This document shows positions 26,801 to 29,800 of a stretch of DNA of 30,978 nt, one piece after another. A model generated the notes under the pieces. That model ran no database searches. It was not told the origin of the DNA and saw nothing but the letters and a program-made list of their open reading frames with translations. The stretch lies in the IMG/VR virus record IMGVR_UViG_3300036766_002285. One strand, written 5' to 3'. Every line of letters begins with the position of its first letter. The stretch's first letter is position 1. The translations under genes and the position numbers were made by a program. The stretch comes from an uncultured virus (IMG/VR IMGVR_UViG_3300036766_002285). Its lineage: Duplodnaviria; Heunggongvirae; Uroviricota; Caudoviricetes.

Positions 26801-29800
26801 AATGTGTAAGGTGTACCATTAGTTAGACCAGTGACTGTTGTTGATGCTGTAGATGAAGTTCCATCAGCAAACACGATCCAGTTAGTATCATCTAATGAAG
26901 ATTCAATTATATAATCAGTAATCGCACTTCCACCAGTTGAAGCAGGTGCTGACCATGTTAGAGAAACTTGTGTGTTACCAGGAGTACCGGCAACTGCTGT
27001 TGGTGCCCCCGGTACTGTACGAGGAGTTACGCCAGCTGACACTGTTGATACAGCACCAGTACCTACAGCATTGGTTGCACTCACTCTAAATGTGTAAGCA
27101 GTACCATTCGTAAGTCCAGTTACAGTTGTTGATGCTGATGTTGAAGTACCATCAGCAAACACGACCCAGTTGGTATCGTCTAGTGAAGATTCAATTACAT
27201 AATCAGTGATAGCGGATCCACCATTGCTTGCTGGAGCTGACCAGGTTAGAGAAACTTGAGTATTACCTGCAGTACCCACAACTGTTGTTGGTGCACCCGG
27301 TACTGTTAAGGTTGTAAATGATAATATCGAGCCATTTGTAGTTCCATTACTGTTAACTGCCACTATTCTAAAATAATATAATGTTCCAGGATCAAGTCCT
27401 ATTAAAGCCTTAGATACGACCGAAGGTGACCCACCAGTGGCCGGCGAACCAGTAGCGGCCACACTTGTCGCTCCAGTTAAGTCTGATGCTGTACCATATT
27501 CAAATGTTACTGTAGCATCTGCATAGTTAGCATTAACAGTACCAGATAATGACACTGTAGTAGTTCCTATTGAACTAGCTGCATTTGTTACTATTACTGA
27601 GGTTGTTGATGGAATTACCCCGGCAGAAGTTGCAGACGCTGTTGACCCGCCAGCATTAATACTAATTACTTGAAAATAATATGTAGTACCGTTTGTAAGT
27701 CCAGTTTTAGTATAAGAAGTATCTGTGGATGTACCCATTGTCACAGTTGTACATCCAGTTGTCATACCAGCATTTGTACAAGTTTTTACATCCAAACTTA
27801 CTCTAGGAGTAGGGCCAGTAACAGCTCCGTTTGTCCAAGTTAATGGTACTTGAGTATTTCCTGAAGTTCCGACCACGCTGGTTGCAGCATTAGGAACATT
27901 AACTGGAGTAACACTAGCACTTGTAGCAGACGTAGTAGCACCAACACCATTAGTGCTGATAACTTGGAACCAGTAAGCAGTACCAGCAGTTAAACCTGTT
28001 TTAGTATAAGAAGTGTCATTTGCAGTACCCATTGCAGTAGTAGAACATCCTGTAGTCATACCGGAATTTGTACAAGTTTTTACATCTAAACTAGTTCTAG
28101 GTGCAGAACTAGAAGTTGCACCATTCGTCCAGGTTAGTGCTACAGATGTACTGCTAGCAACAGTTCCCACAACCGAAGTTGCGGCCGCCGGTGAGTTAAT
28201 AGGAACAAATGATAAAATAGACCCCAGAGTAGTATCTACACCATTTATTGCAACTACTCTATAATAGTAAGTAGTACCTGTTGTTAAACCAGTTAATGCT
28301 TTAGTTACAGCCGTATTAGAAAATCCTGTAACTGGCGATTCTGCTGCGGCCACACTGGTAGCTCCAGTCAAGTCAGATGCTGTACCATAATCAAAAGTTA
28401 CAGTATTAGAAGTACCTACCGCATTTACAGTACCATTTAAAGTTACCGTAGTTGAACCAAGTGAAGTTGCTGCATTGGTTGTTGCTGTAGCTGAGTTGTC
28501 TACAGCAATGCTTGTAGCAGAAACTGCTGATAAGTTTCCTCCAGCATCTGTCGTGTATGCAACATAAGTTCCAGCTAACAAACCTGTTGATGCTACGCCA
28601 GTATTTGTATTAGCTGTCGAAACTGTAACTGTGTTCCACAAGTTTCCAGCAGCTCCAGTAATACTCGCTAGATTGGTAACAGATACAGTATTTTTTACTA
28701 TATAACCTGTACCTACTTCAGTGGATTGAATAATACATTGCTGACCACCGTTACACGGTGATGATCCTATAATAGATGCTGTTGGAGCAGTAGTATCAAC
28801 CAAATGACTGCCAGAAGCAGCCACCGCCGAATGGGTGATAACAGCTGCAGCTGAGTTAGCATTAATAGTACCACCATTAAGCTCTAAAGTGCCAGCAGTA
28901 ATTGCTATACCATCAGTATCAGTGTCTCCACTCACTACAGTATAATTAAATACTAGCGAAGTAGATCCAGTCCCTGAAGCATAGGTCATATATTTACTAG
29001 ATAAACCTAAAATAGGTATACGAGGAGTATTTGTTACTGTTACAGCTGCACTAAATACTACTGTAGCACTAATTACATCTCCTGCAACATAGGTATTATC
29101 AGCCCCAGCAGAAGATGTATATGATATAGAGGTCACTCTAGGCACAAAAGTATAACTCGCTGTTTTTGTTACAACTCCTCCAGTACTAGTTAGAACAACA
29201 TCTATCGCCGCCCCAACAGCTTTAGCCGGAGTATTAACATTAACGTGAGTTGAATCTGTATTAACAATTGATGTCCCGGCTGTACCTCCAAAGGTTACTC
29301 CAGTAGTACCTTGCAAGTTAGTACCGGTGATAGTAACAGTAGTACCTCCAGCGTCAGATCCAGACGCCGGAGCTACAGTTGTAATTGTTGGTGCAGCTAC
29401 GAATTCAAATCCGTTAAATGTTGCTACAGCCTGACCATTTTTTGTAACTATAACAGCTGAAGCACCAGCTGCTACTGATGGCGTTTGTACTGTAAATGAA
29501 GTGGAGTTGACTGCAGTAATAGAAGTACCAGATGTGCCACCAAATGTTACCGCCGTAGGAACAGGACTCATATTAACACCAGTAATTGTAATAACTGTTC
29601 CAGCAGTTGTCGCTTTAGCGCTAGGAAATCCTGCAGCGTTAAGTACTGAAGTTAAGGGAGCTGGTGTAATAGTAGGTGGAGATAGCGCAGATATTGTTAC
29701 CGCATTACTTGATGTAACTTTCGTCATACCAGCTACAGGAGTGGAGCTGTTTGTAGGATTAGTTATCCCAGAAATTGTTACTGATGCTGCAGCTCCTTGA

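Noticed and set aside
4690..27310. Regularly spaced ~20-30-bp conserved DNA motifs resembling a CRISPR array
   Set aside because: The period is ~286 bp, the intervening sequences are homologous to each other and in frame, and no cas genes are present.
4700..27700. N-G-T sequon in almost every module as evidence of N-glycosylation or eukaryotic origin
   Set aside because: GL.NG..Y is the ordinary bacterial FN3 tyrosine-corner motif. The intronless 28-kb ORF and the operon-like histidine kinases indicate a prokaryote.
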